Shown: in pieces, positions 49,293-62,137 of the stretch | Layout: each line of letters begins with the position of its first letter | Position numbering within the stretch: the stretch's first letter is position 1 | NCBI RefSeq assembly: GCF_044704955.1 | Contig: NC_091982.1 | Location: 102,734,001 to 102,798,000 of the forward strand | DNA length: 64,000 nucleotides | Direction of reading: 5' to 3' | DNA from: Pristiophorus japonicus | Lineage: Eukaryota | Position numbers and translations under genes: made by a program | The notes under the pieces: generated by a model | The model's database searches: none | Told to the model about the DNA's origin: nothing | Seen by the model: only the letters and a program-made list of their open reading frames with translations

Positions 49293-52160
49293 TAGACCGG
49301 AATTTTCCGGGGTGATAGCGGGCGCGATCGGAGGTGGGTCGGGTCGGAAAGTTGTTATTTTTGGGCAATTGTTATTACTGTCATCCCGTTCCCATGCGGT
49401 TTTCCCCCAGGCGGGTCTGTCGTCGTGGACCTGACCGGCAGAGGCAGTTGACCCAATTTTAATTATTCGTAGCTAAGTGTGTCAGACACTTAAGAGTGGT
49501 TTTAACCTTTCCTTTTAAATTTAACTGGATAGCCACGGGAAACACTGTCAACCTGAGGCAGGAATTCAGTGGCCATTGCTCCAGCTGATTAGTTGACAGC
49601 ATCAAATGTGCAATAAAAGCTCCTCACTTTCTTCAGCAGAACCTGTTGCTGACTCCATTCCCAGCACAGATTCTGCAGACTGCAGTCTTTCCAGCAAAGT
49701 CCCCATCCAGTGTCACTTCATTGGAAGAGCCTCTCTCACCATGGACAGATTGTTTCTGTCATCTCTACTTTACCTGCCATCTATACCATCAGCATGGGTA
49801 TCGTTTATACTGTCTTAACTTGGTCCTCAGAATCGGACCACGAAGAGCCCAACACCAGCAGTACCAGGCACACCAGCATCACCAACAACAATATAACCAA
49901 CCTTCTCCGCAATTACCTGATGCTGCTCAGGACCGCGGGCACCAGCACACAAGCAAATGCTGCCCTGGGAGGCCAGGGATGGCCCCATCATGGCCAGATT
50001 TTCTTCACTTGATGCAGTATGACCCATATGGCTGCCACATGACCTGTCAGGTTGGCACCACCCCATAGCAACACCTCGCAATGACCAAGCTATTCCTTTC
50101 ACACTCATTACCATTGCTGGAGCTATCGTTTTGTCTCACCATTCACTGCAACCCACTAAGCCACTTACAACTGTGCACACAAATCTGTCCAAGACCAGAA
50201 AGTGTTGAAAATAAAGATTTTTTAATGTTTGACAGCACATTAACGGAAACTTTATATAAACAGTGGATAAAACACCCAAGTGGCTACCCATGTGAATCTA
50301 CTTGTGTGTCATCTTTCTCTTCCTCATGCTTCTATGAGATGCTACCCCTGTGGCTTCAGCCGAGGTAGAGGCAGCCTGCTCACTTCTCTGCTGCCAAGCA
50401 GCTGGCGAACACCTTGTTGCACATCAGTGGGGCCATTAGGACCCATGGCTTCGCCGACATCCCTCCTCGACAGGAAGTCTATGAGCCTCTGCCATCTATT
50501 CTCCAAAGAGATCATATGCTCGATGGCGCATTAGCTGCTCCATGCAGGTGGCCATCCTATCCATGGAAGAGCCTACAGTCGCCATCACCTGTGACACGGT
50601 GGTGCTCATGTTAGAGATGGACTCCTCCATTCTCTGAACAACTGTAGAAATCTTGCTTGCAAAATCTGTAGGAGCCCCCTACACGTCTTGCTGCACCTCC
50701 AGAATCGCCATCTTTCTGGATGGCCCCCGAGGCTCAGCATCTGCATGCAGTTGAACAGAACTGGGAGTGTCCTGCGCCCTCCAGCAAGAACTCTCCCTGT
50801 CTCCACCATCTGCTCTTGCTCACTTGTGAATTGTAAGACACCATGTGACAACACTGCTCTACCTAGGTGTGCGTATCTGCGCTGGTGTTGGGTGCGCTTA
50901 GCCTGGTGACGGTGAGCCCTCAGAGGCTGGAGACGCCTCGGAGGAGTCGTATTCCTCTTCCTCCTGGACAGTGGGGGGGACCTTGATGGACCTGTGGGAG
51001 AGTAAAGAGATGAGTTAGATATGTCATATGAAGAATGGGTACAGATACCATTATGCACATGATGACCAGTCAGTGGCTGCTGACGTCAGTGCCCATGTGA
51101 GTGACTGATGCATGCCAGGTAGCTGTAATATGTAATTCTGTCACCAGGTTGCTGTGATGTCCCACGCTCTCCATTTTCCACCTCCAGCTGCTCAGCGACT
51201 CCTGATATTTCTAACGCAGCCTCCTCTGTTGTTGTAAGGTTTGCAAATGATGGAAGGCCACCGTCAGTTTTCGCCTTCTTATTTTGCTCTCTTTTCCTGC
51301 AAGGAGGAAAAGAGAGAAGTTTGAGTGAGAGTGATGGAATGAGTGTCAGGAGTGGATGGGTTAGATCTTTAGAGGGAGACTATGATGGAGTGGGGTGACA
51401 ATGCCAAGTGGCCTCGTTTTCTGTTGTTAGTTGGTATGAGTGCATTAGGCTGAGGGGGAGTGTGAATGTTGGTTAGTCAGATGGGGATGTGATAATGTAG
51501 ATAGAGAGAGAGGGATAGGTGGATGTGCAAGGTATGTTGGTGTGAGTAATGATGTGCAGGGGTAGGATTGGGAAGGCAGAGTGATGGGGATGTGATGAGA
51601 GGCACAGCAGGATGAAGGTAAGTGTGGCTTTGTGCTCACCTATCCTGATCCAATGAGATAATTGAAACTTTTGCGGCACTGCACCCAGGTCGTCCTGACC
51701 ACATCCCTGCTAGTGACCTCATCTGAAATCTCCAACCAGGCTGTTTTGGTGTCCCGGAGATGTCTCTTCTGCCAATTGGAAGGGAAGTGGACCTCCCTGC
51801 GTGCTCTGACTCTGTCTATAACCATAAGGAGGGAGTCATGGGAGAACCTGGGTATAGTCCACTGCCTCTGTGCAGTCTTTGCAGTGTTTTCAGCACTCCA
51901 ATGCTGTAGGGCACTTAGAGCACTATGTTACATTGACATTCAAATCCAATGTGGCCGTGGCCTCTTTAAATAACCCGGCTGAAAACACATCAACGATGAC
52001 ATCACCAGACCCGCACCATTTAATTAGGCCGGGTAACACGTAGGGCTGGCTGAATATGCATTTTTAAGGGAAAGTCGTTTTCAGCAGCGATATGGACCCA
52101 GCAGCAGGGTTATGACCCGTCATGGCCACCGCCCGAACCGGACCCGCCCAGGTGCTCTAT
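49293..52160. mobile_element. Non-autonomous Harbinger derivative with Myb/SANT gene
   Basis: GC-rich ends with GGGTCGGGTC/GACCCGCCC subterminal motifs; plus-strand transposase-like N/C stub with AATAAA at 50210; convergent Myb/SANT pseudogene; homologous to 52995-56229. Confidence 0.75.
50330..51900 (-). pseudogene. Spliced Myb/SANT-like (Harbinger ORF2, NAIF1/MSANTD-like) gene remnant: exons ~51640-51900, 51145-51296, <=50991
   Basis: PRFSHDSLLMVIDRVRARREVHF...AWLEISDEVTSRDVVRTTWVQCRKSFNYL; exon 2 KAKTDGGLPSFANLTTTEEAALEI; canonical GT/AG sites; in-frame stop and frameshifts. Confidence 0.8.
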
Positions 52161-52319
52161 TTTAGTAAATGATCTGTTCTGTTTAAGCATCACTTTTTGG
52201 AAATAGGTTTCCATAGGGCCTGAGGGAATTTGAGATTCTTAAAAAAAAAGATAAACTTACAGGACCATAGGTTAAGTAGATGGTGTAGCCAAAATCATCA
52301 AAGGGAGATCCTGTTTCTA

Positions 52320-52425
52320 TAGCAGGAAGGGGGTACTGAAGTTGCATGTTCAGCCATGAACTCATTGAATGGCGGTGCAGGCTAGAAGGGCTGAATGGCC
52401 TACTCCTGAACCTATTTTCTATTTT
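52320..52425 (+). repeat. CR1 3' tail fragment
   Basis: Nearly identical to 46298-46400. Confidence 0.85.
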
Positions 52426-52994
52426 CTTCGTACAATTCTGTGTAATTACAAAAGAAAACCACAAACAAATTTAAGTAGCTGATGTTGATAAAAAGTTTAT
52501 GGGTGAGTTCATGCACACTAAAATTATCTCATGTTAAACTATTAATTTAATCGGCCAAAGACATGCGGTCTATTTTTCTTATGTATCACATCTTAGCAGT
52601 GTGTAATGGAAATTTGAGTATAATTGAATGAACAGCATGTTTCCTGCTGATAAGTCTGTGGCCAGAGTATATTGTCATACATTCTGTGTGTATTTGCCAT
52701 GGATATGAGAAACTGTACTCACTTTCTATAATAAGTGTTGTCTGCAGCTCTAGTTAAATGAGAATCACTTGTATTTCTTTTCAGTTATATGACCAAGAAT
52801 TAATATCTGTCCCATGAAGCTAAATGCAGAATGTGTAGATGTCAGCAATTATACAAAAATAAAAATACCCTCGCTGTTAATAAAGAGCTTTTTCAACTGT
52901 TCCCGTCTCCTCTTTCAGTGGTAGTAACATATGCTGGGATATGGTTCTACACACATTGGCTGCTCTCTCATCCCTCAGTGAAGTGGCCACTCTC

Positions 52995-55900
52995 AGGCCG
53001 GAATTTTGCTGGTGCTCAGAGGATGGGATCAGTGGCGGATCAGCTGTTAAATTTAAAATGATTGACAGAGTGTTGGGAACCCGTTGCCACACAACTTTCC
53101 CAAATGTTGGGTCTGTCAGTGCTGAACAGACCTGACACGCAATAGTGGGGGAGGCTATCTAGGTCATTATGACCTTGTTAAGAGCCTATTAAAAAGAATT
53201 TGGAACTGAACTTACCATTTTACCAGGTTTTCCACGAAGTTCACGCTGCTCGGGGATCACGTCAAGTAAGGGCGTCGGGCATTGTGTTACCATGAATTAA
53301 TTTCTTTACCTGACAGCTGCAAATATGCTATAAAAGTTCCCATCTCACAGCTGTTCAGTTTCCAAGATCAGGACCTCTTGCTTACTGCATTTGGAAGGCA
53401 CATGGAGCTTTATGCAGATTGCAAGTGTTTGGAAGTGGTTGCAAGTCTATCCAGTGTCACTCATTGGAACAACCTCTCTCACCATTGACAGATTGCTTCA
53501 GTCACCTCAAGTTCACCTGCCACTATTAGCATTGGTGCCCTTGAAACTATCTCACCTTGGTCCTCAAAATCACACCACAATCAGCCCCCACACCAATATC
53601 ACTAAACATACCAGCATCACCAACAACAACACCAGACCTCTCTGCAATCACCTGATGCTGCACAGACACAGCGCATCAGCACCCAAACACATTGCTGTCC
53701 TGGACGCCGGGGATGGCCTCACCAGGGCCACATTTACTTCACTTGACGCTGTACACCCTGGCTGCCACATGATGCGCCAGGTTGGTACCACCCCACACCA
53801 GCACCATAAAACATCCCTACAATGCCCAAGCCATTCCTTTCACACTCTTGACCATTGTGGGGGGAACCGTTATGTCTCACCATTCACTGCAACTTATTGG
53901 CCCTGAAATTCCGATGTCCCGGGTCCGTACAAAGTTTCTACGGACCCGGAAAGGCATCGGAAAAGCCGTTTTTTAGCGCACAATGGGCATGCGCTGAAAA
54001 TCGGCTTTTCCGACCTGTCCAGCTGGAGCTCGACAGGTCTTGCCCGTGCGATGCGTTCTCGCACAAAATTCTGACTTTTAGAGATCTTCTGCCCAGGAAT
54101 AGGGCACGAAAGTTCTGCGCGAGATAAAGCAGGCATACAGCCTGCATTCTGTGTATCTACCTGAAACTTTGCTTCAAACTGCTCAATCGCCTTCAGCATA
54201 AGCAGCAGTCGATGCTGAGGAGTTCTGTAGAGTAAAAGCTTAACACAAACTAAATAAACAGCAGGAAATGGAATCAAGCAGATTCCTCTCAAAGTACTGA
54301 GAGATTCAAATCTTCCAACTTTTATAACATTTGAGGTACCGTGTTGTCTATTTCAGCTTGGCTTATAAAATATGATCGACTTTAAAGTCAGACACTCAGT
54401 ACCCAGCTCAGTAATTGTGTTGAGGTAGAATGCTTTCCAAGGGTAGTGCAGAATATAGAGGATGGCTTCTTGAGAATAATAGTGCAAAGGCTTTCCAGCA
54501 ATTGTAGTGAGTCCCAAAATATGGCCAAAAGTTTCCACAAACAATCTCAGTTGAACAGCGTACTTTCAACCATGTACTTCTACCTTGGTGAATGGGTCCC
54601 GACAAACTGTACCTTTTACATAGAGGCTCAGCTTTTCGAGAACGGATGGGAGGGCAGGAGTTTTGGAATTTAGGACAAGTGCTTTCATCCCATCCTAATT
54701 TCGTCATTTGTACGCTGCTGCACTAGGAGGGCAGTTGCTTCTTCAGTGTGTTCTGTCATACATCGACCCAGCCAACAATTCCTGGCCCCGCCAATGTACA
54801 CCCTCCCCCAAACCAGAAATTTTGTGGCCATCAATCTTATAAACATTTTCTCCTCCTTTCATTTGTACATGCAGTTTAGAAGTCGCTACTTTTTATTTGC
54901 TGGCCATGCTATTACACTCTGCACAACCATGACCCGTTCAGAAATGCAAGACATTTTTAAAGTCTTTATATTGCTTTAATTAACTTTTAAATTGTTTAAA
55001 ACTGTTAAAATGTTTAAAATAAATTCGACAATCTTTAAACTATTCTAAAAGATTAAAAAATCATTGAAAAGTCTCACCTTTCAAAGCCTTGTAGTGATCT
55101 CTAAACCAACTGCAACACTGAAGGTAAAAAAAAATTGGGGCATGGCCTATGTAAATGAGCTCCTTTTGACAACTCCTGTGGGTGGGGACAAACTCCGAAA
55201 GAAGCCACAGGCTTCGCACGCACTGCGTATCCGGGCGGCGTGACGTCATACGCTGCCCGGGAATCTTCATCACTCTATCGGAAGTTCAAGAGGGCGCAGG
55301 AGAGAAAGGTAAGTGTACATTTTTTTCTTTATTTTACCAGATTGCCTGCAGGAATGGTGTTACCGGAATTTCAGGGCCATTAAGCCACTTCCAAAGGTGC
55401 ACACAAATCTGTCCAAGAACACAAAGTGTTGAAAATAAAGGTTTCAATGTTTGACAGCACATTAACAGAAACTTTACATGAATATTGGCTAAAACACACA
55501 AGTGCCTAACCTTGTGTGTTGTTAGTTGATATGATTGGACTCAGGTGAGGGTAGGCGTGAAGGGTGGCTAGTGAGATGGGGATGTGATAATGTAGTTAGA
55601 GAGGGATAGGTGGAGGTACAAGATAAGTTGGTGCGAGTAAGGATAGGGAAGGCAGAGTGATGGGGATATGATGAGTGGCACAGCAGGATGAGGTTAAGTG
55701 TGGCTTTGCAGTAACGTTTTGTGATCCACTGAGATCATTCAAAGGATTGCACCACTGCAGCCTGGTCCTCCTGATGACATCCCTGCTTGTGTCCTTTTGT
55801 GCAATGTGCAACCAGGCTGTGTTGATCTCCTGGTGAGGTATTTTACGCCCATTGGAAAGGAAGAGAACCTCCCTGCTTGTTGTGATTCCATTCATAAGCA

Positions 55901-56229
55901 TCTGGAGGGAGTTCTGGGAGATCCTCGGTGCAGCTGTGCACCTTTGTGCAGTGCTTGTCAGTGTTGCAGCACCTCAATGCTATAGAACACTGACAGCACA
56001 AATGTCAAAATCAATTTGGCCATGGTCCCTTTAAGGAAACCGACTGATGACACATCATCGAATGATGTCATCAGACCCGCTTCCTGCAATTGGCCCATGC
56101 TAGTCGAGTTTAACAAGCCCAATCAACGGAAAATCATTTCTACACAGTGGGCTGGAGTGAGCAGCAAGGTCGGGACCCGCCTATCGACTCCAGCTGCACC
56201 AGACCACCGAGGTAGGTGAAATAGCGGCT
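52995..56229. mobile_element. Second copy of the Myb-carrying Harbinger derivative (internal deletion, MITE insertion)
   Basis: TIR-like AGGCCGGAATTTTGCT...GGTGAAATAGCGGCTT; Myb exon 1 at ~55715-55980 (REVLFLSNGRK...AWLHIAQKDTSRDVIRRTRLQW..LNDL). Confidence 0.75.
53899..55378. mobile_element. 1480-bp MITE (PIF/Harbinger-type)
   Basis: Perfect 15-bp TIR GGCCCTGAAATTCCG, exact TSD ATT; empty site visible in the paralog at ~50140-50170. Confidence 0.92.
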
Positions 56230-56624
56230 TTGGTGTTGGAGCATTGCAGTCCAGCCTGACCCTTCTTCAGCCAACATCTAAACATGGACAGCTTTCACTA
56301 TGGATCACTGGATAGTGATGCGGATTTGGAATTCTTGGATTGGTTCTTCCCTAGTTAACACAAATACATTTTTGGATCAGTTTGGTGTCTGATAGACACA
56401 GAAACACGTCACCTTGTTTAGGAGTCTCCAAATCAAACCACGAAGAAATCTACATCAATCTGTAAGGTTTATATTTGCATTTCCTCCAACTAGGGCCACA
56501 TCCCATGAAGAATACATCCTTTTTACCCCTGTACAGATAGCTTAATGCAGGTTGGCAGAGTGAAGACTTATAACCCTCCAGTGTGCACAGGAACGCTGCT
56601 GGAGTTTAACCAGCTAAAACTGCG

Positions 56625-56910
56625 CAGCTTGGCACTCTCATCTCTAAGTCAATAGGTTATGGGTTCACAGCCCACTCTAGAGACTAGAGCACATCATTCA
56701 GGCTGACACTTCTGTGCTGAAAGAGTTCTGCACCAGCGGAGGTGCCGTCTTTCAGATGAGACATTAAACTGAAGCCCTGTCTGCACACTCACGTGGATGT
56801 CAAAGTTCCCATGGCACTATTTTGAAGAACAGCAGGGGAGTTATCCCTGGTATCCTGGCCAATATTGATTCATCAGCCAACATCACTTAAACAGATTATT
56901 TGATCATTAA
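56625..56910 (+). mobile_element. Deu-domain SINE (SacSINE1/AmnSINE1-related)
   Basis: GGAGGTGCCGTCTTTCAGATGAGACATTAAAC...CCCATGGCACTATT..GAAGAACAGCAGGGGAGTT..CCTGGCCAATATT, recognised as the Deu core. Confidence 0.8.
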
Positions 56911-57952
56911 TCTCCTCTTAATCTTCTCTACTCTAACTTCATAACTGAAGTCCCTCATCCCTGGTACCATTCTAGTAAAGCTTTTCTGCACCCTCTCAAA
57001 GGCTTTGACATTCTTCCTAAAGTGTGGAACCCAGAATTTAACACAATACTCCAGCTGAACCAGTATTTAGCATACCCTCCTTGCTTTTGTACTTTATTCC
57101 TCTATTAATAAAGCCAAGGATCCCAAATGTTCTTTTTAACAGCCTTCTCAACTTATCCTGCCACCTTCAAAGATTTGTGTACATACACTCCCAGGCCTCT
57201 CTGTGCCTGCAATACAATTTAGTTCATACTGTCTCTCCTTATTCTTCCAGCAAAATGTATCACTTCACACATCTCTATGTTAAATTTCATCTGCCATGTG
57301 TTTACCCATGTTACCAGTCTGTCTATGTCCTCCTGAAGTCTGTTACAATCCGCCTCATTCTTTACTACATATCCGAGTTTCATATAATCTGCAAACTTTG
57401 AAATTCAGCCCTGCATTCTCAAGACCATTTCATGAATATATGTCAATAAGAGCAGTGGTCCTAATATGGACCTTTGGGGAACACTACTGTATACTTCCCT
57501 CCAGTCTGAAAAACAACTATTCACTGCTATTTCTCTGCTTTCTGTCCATTAGCCAATTTTGTATCCATGCTGCCTTTGTCCCTTTAAACACATGGGCTTT
57601 AATTTTGCTAACAATTCTATTATGTGATACTTTGTTAAACGCCTTTTGAAAGTTCATATACACAATATCAACCACACTACCCTCATCAACCCTTTCTGTT
57701 ATTTCATCAAAGAACTTGATCAAGTCAGTGAAACACTACTTGCCTTTAATAATGCCGTGCTGTCTTTCATTTATTAGCCTATACTTTTCTAAATGCCAAT
57801 TAATTTTGTTGTGGATTATTGTCTCCAAATGGTTCCCCACCACCGATGTTAGGCTGACTTGCCTGTAGTTGCTGGGTTTATCCCTCTCCCTTTTTTAAAC
57901 AGGGGTGTAACATTTGCAATCCTCCAGATATTTTGCACCACTGCTATAACCA

Positions 57953-58752
57953 ATAACAACAACAACTTGCATGTATATAGTGCCTTTAACATAGCAAAAG
58001 GTCCCAAGGTGCTTCACAAGAGTGCTATTAATCAAAATTTGATACTGAGCCACAGAAGGAGATATCAGGGCAGATTATCAAAAGCTTGGTCAAAGAGATA
58101 GGTTTGAAAGAACATCTTAAAGGAGGAAAGAGAGATAGAGGTGGAGAGGTTTAGGGAGAGAATTCCAAAGCTGAGAACCTTGCCAGTTGAAGGCACGGGC
58201 GCCATTGGTGGAGTGATTAAAATTGGGGATGTGGAAGATGCCGAAATTGGAGGAGCACAAGCTTGTAGGGCTGGATGAGGTTACAGAGATATGGAGGGGT
58301 GAGGCCATGGAGGGATTTTAATGCAAGGAGGAGAATTTTAAAATTGAGTTGCTGCCATATCAGGAGCCAATGTGGGTCAGCGAGCAGGGGGGTGATGGGT
58401 GAAAGGGACTTGATGCGAGTTAAGATATGGACAGCAGATTTTGGATGAGCACAAGTTTATGTAGAGTGGAAGATGGGAGGTCGGCCAAGAGAGCATTGGA
58501 ATAGGCAGTGTTGGTGATGGATATGTGGTTGGAAGCTCATTTCGGGGTCAAACACACCAAGGTTGCGAACGGTCTGGCTCAGAGTCAGACAGTTGCCAGG
58601 GAGAGGGATGGGATCGGTGGCCAGGGAACGGCATTTGTGGCGGGGACTAAAGACAATGGCTTTGTTCTTCCTCATATTTAGTTGGAGGAGATTTTTGCTC
58701 ACCCAACACTGTATGTCAGACAAATCAGAGAGAGTGGAAGGCTAAAGAGAGG
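57953..58752 (-). mobile_element. L2 LINE 3' fragment nested in CR1
   Basis: ORF 58457-58723 (SDIQCWVSKNLLQLN..K..AIVF, VRNLGVFD) typical of L2; ACAACAACTTGCAT tail. Confidence 0.85.
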
Positions 58753-59081
58753 TTTAGAAAATTGTGGCCAGAGCTTCTAAAATTTCCACCATTACTACCT
58801 TCAGTAACCTAGGATGCATCCCATCTGGACCAGGTGACTTATCTACTTTGAGGACAGCCCATCTTTTAAGTATATCCTCCCTCTCTATCTATTTTTATCT
58901 CTTCCAATATCGCTGCTGCCTCCTCCTTTACTGCTACATTGGCAGCATCCTCTTCCCTAGCGAAGACAGAGGTAAAATATTCATTTACTACCTCAGCCAT
59001 GACCTCTGCCTCCACAAGATGATCTCCTTTTTGGTCTCTAATCAGCCCCACCCCTCCTTTGACTATCCTTTTAGGATTTAA

Positions 59082-60128
59082 GGGCTAGACTTTCCACTAT
59101 GGTTGCTATCGCCCAACAATGGGCGATATTTCTGGCCTTAATGCTTTTTTTATTTTTCAGGATCGCTGGAATATCGCCCATTTTAAAAACCACTAGTTTC
59201 GCCTTTTTAATTTGGGCCATAGCCTTAGCGATGTGAAATGGGTCTTAGCGATGTATTCAGTCATGCAAGGCTGGCAACCATAGCAACAGCCATTCTGCCC
59301 ATGTGCGTTTTTTTTTCAGGCAAAGAACTTTTCCCACGGGGATTGACAGAGAGAACAGGGGACCTGGTCCCCTTCAATAACATAATAGAACCTTTTCTTT
59401 TATTCTAGCCCCCGTTGCTTTATAAAATAAAATCTATCAGTCAATTGAAGTGAACTCCATTTCTTTCCTCATGGGATGACATACCCTAGTTCTGCTTCTA
59501 CTTGTACTGTGGACCAGAGAGGGAAGAAATCCATGATTTATTAACCCTGACATTACAGTAATTTTCTTGTATGTAATGTTTCTCGTTTTATTCTCACATT
59601 TCTATTCTGCAGCATGTGCTTAGTGATCAATACTGGTTGAGAAATTACAGGCCCCATCACTATAAATGCCCTTAATTTATCCTCAATGATTGGCAAGAGT
59701 CAAAAAGGTCCTTAAAATCACTCACAAATTGATTCTCCTGACAGCCTTTTACTACAGATCCTCCCCGTAGTACCAAGTAGTGCCGAGTTATTGCAGCTTT
59801 TCTTCAGCGTCTTTTTGGGCCAGCGATCATTTGGTGAATTGTGGGCGAAAGTAACGCTCGGCGATAATCTGAGCCATAATCAGTCGCAAGTTTCCATTAT
59901 AAGCACTATTCTTGGCTTTGCACGAGGATGACATCATATTTTTTTTTTTAAATAGGCCGGGCGATGTATCTCATTCATGTGTGCCGAAAGTTGGACCGGC
60001 AATAAATGGTCTAGAATCAGGTTCTAGTTTCCACTTTTCAGCAATTATGGGTGATAGCCTGCATCTCAGAACTTATATGGGCATTAAATGGGCAATAAAT
60101 GGGCGATGATGTGCCGAAAGTCTAACCC
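59082..60128. mobile_element. MITE (PIF/Harbinger-type)
   Basis: 13-bp TIR GGGCTAGACTTTC...GAAAGTCTAACCC, TSD TAA/AAA. Confidence 0.8.
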
Positions 60129-60745
60129 AAAATGTTCATAAAAGACTTTTGGTTTCCTTTTAGGTTAGCCATTAATCTATTCTCATACTCGCTCTTTGAC
60201 CCTCTTATTCCCTTTTTTAAAATCCTCTGTAATTTCTATTATCAGCTTTCCTCTCTATTGTATTATGAACCTTACAATTATCATAAGCCTTCTTTTCCTG
60301 TCTCATTTTAACCTCTATATCTTTAACCATCCAGGGAGCTCCAGCTTTAGATGTCCTTCCTTTCCTCCTCATGAGAATGTGTCTGCTCCATACCCGAACC
60401 ATCTCCTCTTTGAAGGCCTCCCATTGTTGAATTACTGTTGCCGACCAATTTTTGACTCCAATCCACCTGGACCAAATCCCTTTTCACCTCATGGAAGTTA
60501 GCCCTCCTCCAGTTAAATATTTTTATGCTTGATTGTACCTAGTCCTTTTCTATAACTATTCCTGATGATATTATGATCACTGTTCTCCAATTGCTCTCCC
60601 ACTGAAACATGCTCCACTTCCCCCACTTCATTCCTCAGATGTAGATCCTGCACTGCTTCCTTCCTTGTTGGGCTGGAAACACACTAATCAAGCAAGTTCT
60701 CTTGTACACATTTCAGCAATTCCTCCCCCTCTTTGCCCTTTATGC

Positions 60746-61211
60746 AGTTAAGAACATAAGAACATAAGAAATAGGAACAGGAGTAGGCCATACTGCCACT
60801 CGAGCCTGCTCCGCCATTCAATAAGATCATGGCTGATCTGATCATGGACTCAGCTCCACTTCCCTGCCCGCTCCCCATAACCCCTTATCCCCCTCTCTTT
60901 TAAGAAACTGTCTATTTCTGTCTTAAGTGTATTCAATGTTCCAGCTTCCACAACTCTCTGAGGCAGCGAATTCCACAGATTTACAACCCTCTGAGAGAAG
61001 AAATGACCCCTCATCCCAATTTTAAATGGGTGGCCCCTTATTCTAAGATCATGCCCTCTAGTTCTAGTCTCCCCCATCAGTGGAAACATCCTCTCTGCAT
61101 CCACCTTGTCAAGCCCCCTCATAATCTTATACGTTTCGATAAGATCACCTCTCATTCTTCTGAATTCCAATGAGTAGAGGCCCAACCTAAATCTTTCCTC
61201 ATAAGTCAACT
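60746..61211 (-). mobile_element. CR1 3' fragment
   Basis: ORF 60850-61209; AAGAACATAAGAACATAAGAA tail. Confidence 0.92.
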
Positions 61212-61283
61212 TACTATCACAGTAAATCCCCCGTTATCACAACATTAGTTCTTGCCTTTTTCTGTGATTTGCTCCTCTATCTC

Positions 61284-61499
61284 TGTTGTGTATGCGTGTA
61301 AACTTCACCTTTGTGTAAGACTTGCCACTAGGGGGCACACCTGTGGGAGACCTATGGGTCACCTGTGCACCCTGGAGCAATCAGGTATAAAAGGCAGTCC
61401 ACCATGCTACTGCCTTATTTTGGAGTTATATTAAAGAGACCAAGGTCACAATAGTTTGAGCTTACAACACAGTCTTGTGGAGTCATTTTGAACTTAACA
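61284..61499 (+). mobile_element. Solo LTR (Gypsy-like)
   Basis: TGTTG...TAACA termini, exact 5-bp TSD ATCTC, TATAAAA and ATTAAA inside, starts like the Gypsy B LTR. Confidence 0.88.
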
Positions 61500-62137
61500 A
61501 TCTCCTTCCCACTATTTAGTCGAAGGTAGGTTGAATAAGCACTCTATAGAGATTATGGCAGAAGCTTCAGACCATTAACTGCTTTATTTAAATACAATTC
61601 TTAATTGAAGTATATAGAGTTTGCTATATTCTTTGACATTTCTCAGTTTATGAAATCAATAAGGGTGCAAATTGCTTTCTGTTTTAACTGGGGTCGTTAG
61701 AGAAAAGACTGTTCACTCTAGCTTAACCCCTCAAAGTATTGGAGGCTTACAAAGCCCTTTAGCACTCGAAAAATGGGAGCTGTGCAGCTGAATTTCTCGG
61801 CCCAAAAGTTGTGACATTGCTGCCCTAACTTGAGCTGTCCGTATATGATTCCGTACGAACACATAGAACTGTGAACATTATGTCAATCATTCCTTTGTGT
61901 TTCCTCAATTCACTTTTAATACTTGTTTATAAAATGAACATTGGCCTTTTACAAACATTCACATGGAAGGTAATGGTGTTTATTAAAGATATCTTCGTGT
62001 TTGAATGAAATTATACTGCTTCCTTCATTTAGTTGAAGTTCTCAACATTTAAAATAAAAGTGATAGTGCATACAGTCAGCCTGTCCTTGGCCTGCATTTT
62101 AATTGCAATGTGTCTTCACTGGATCGTATTTCTTTAC

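Larger units (their letters stand above)
56911..60745 (-). mobile_element. Old CR1 ORF2 with L2 and MITE insertions
   Basis: FFDEITERVDEGSVVDIVYMNFQKAFNKVSH (57517-57723), NEYFTSVF (58866-59051), APWMVKDI (60217-60402). Confidence 0.85.

Noticed and set aside
51640-51825. Domesticated host MSANTD/NAIF1-like gene
   Set aside because: Lost start codon, stop at the exon end, frameshifted exon 2 and multiple TIR-bounded copies indicate a transposon remnant.
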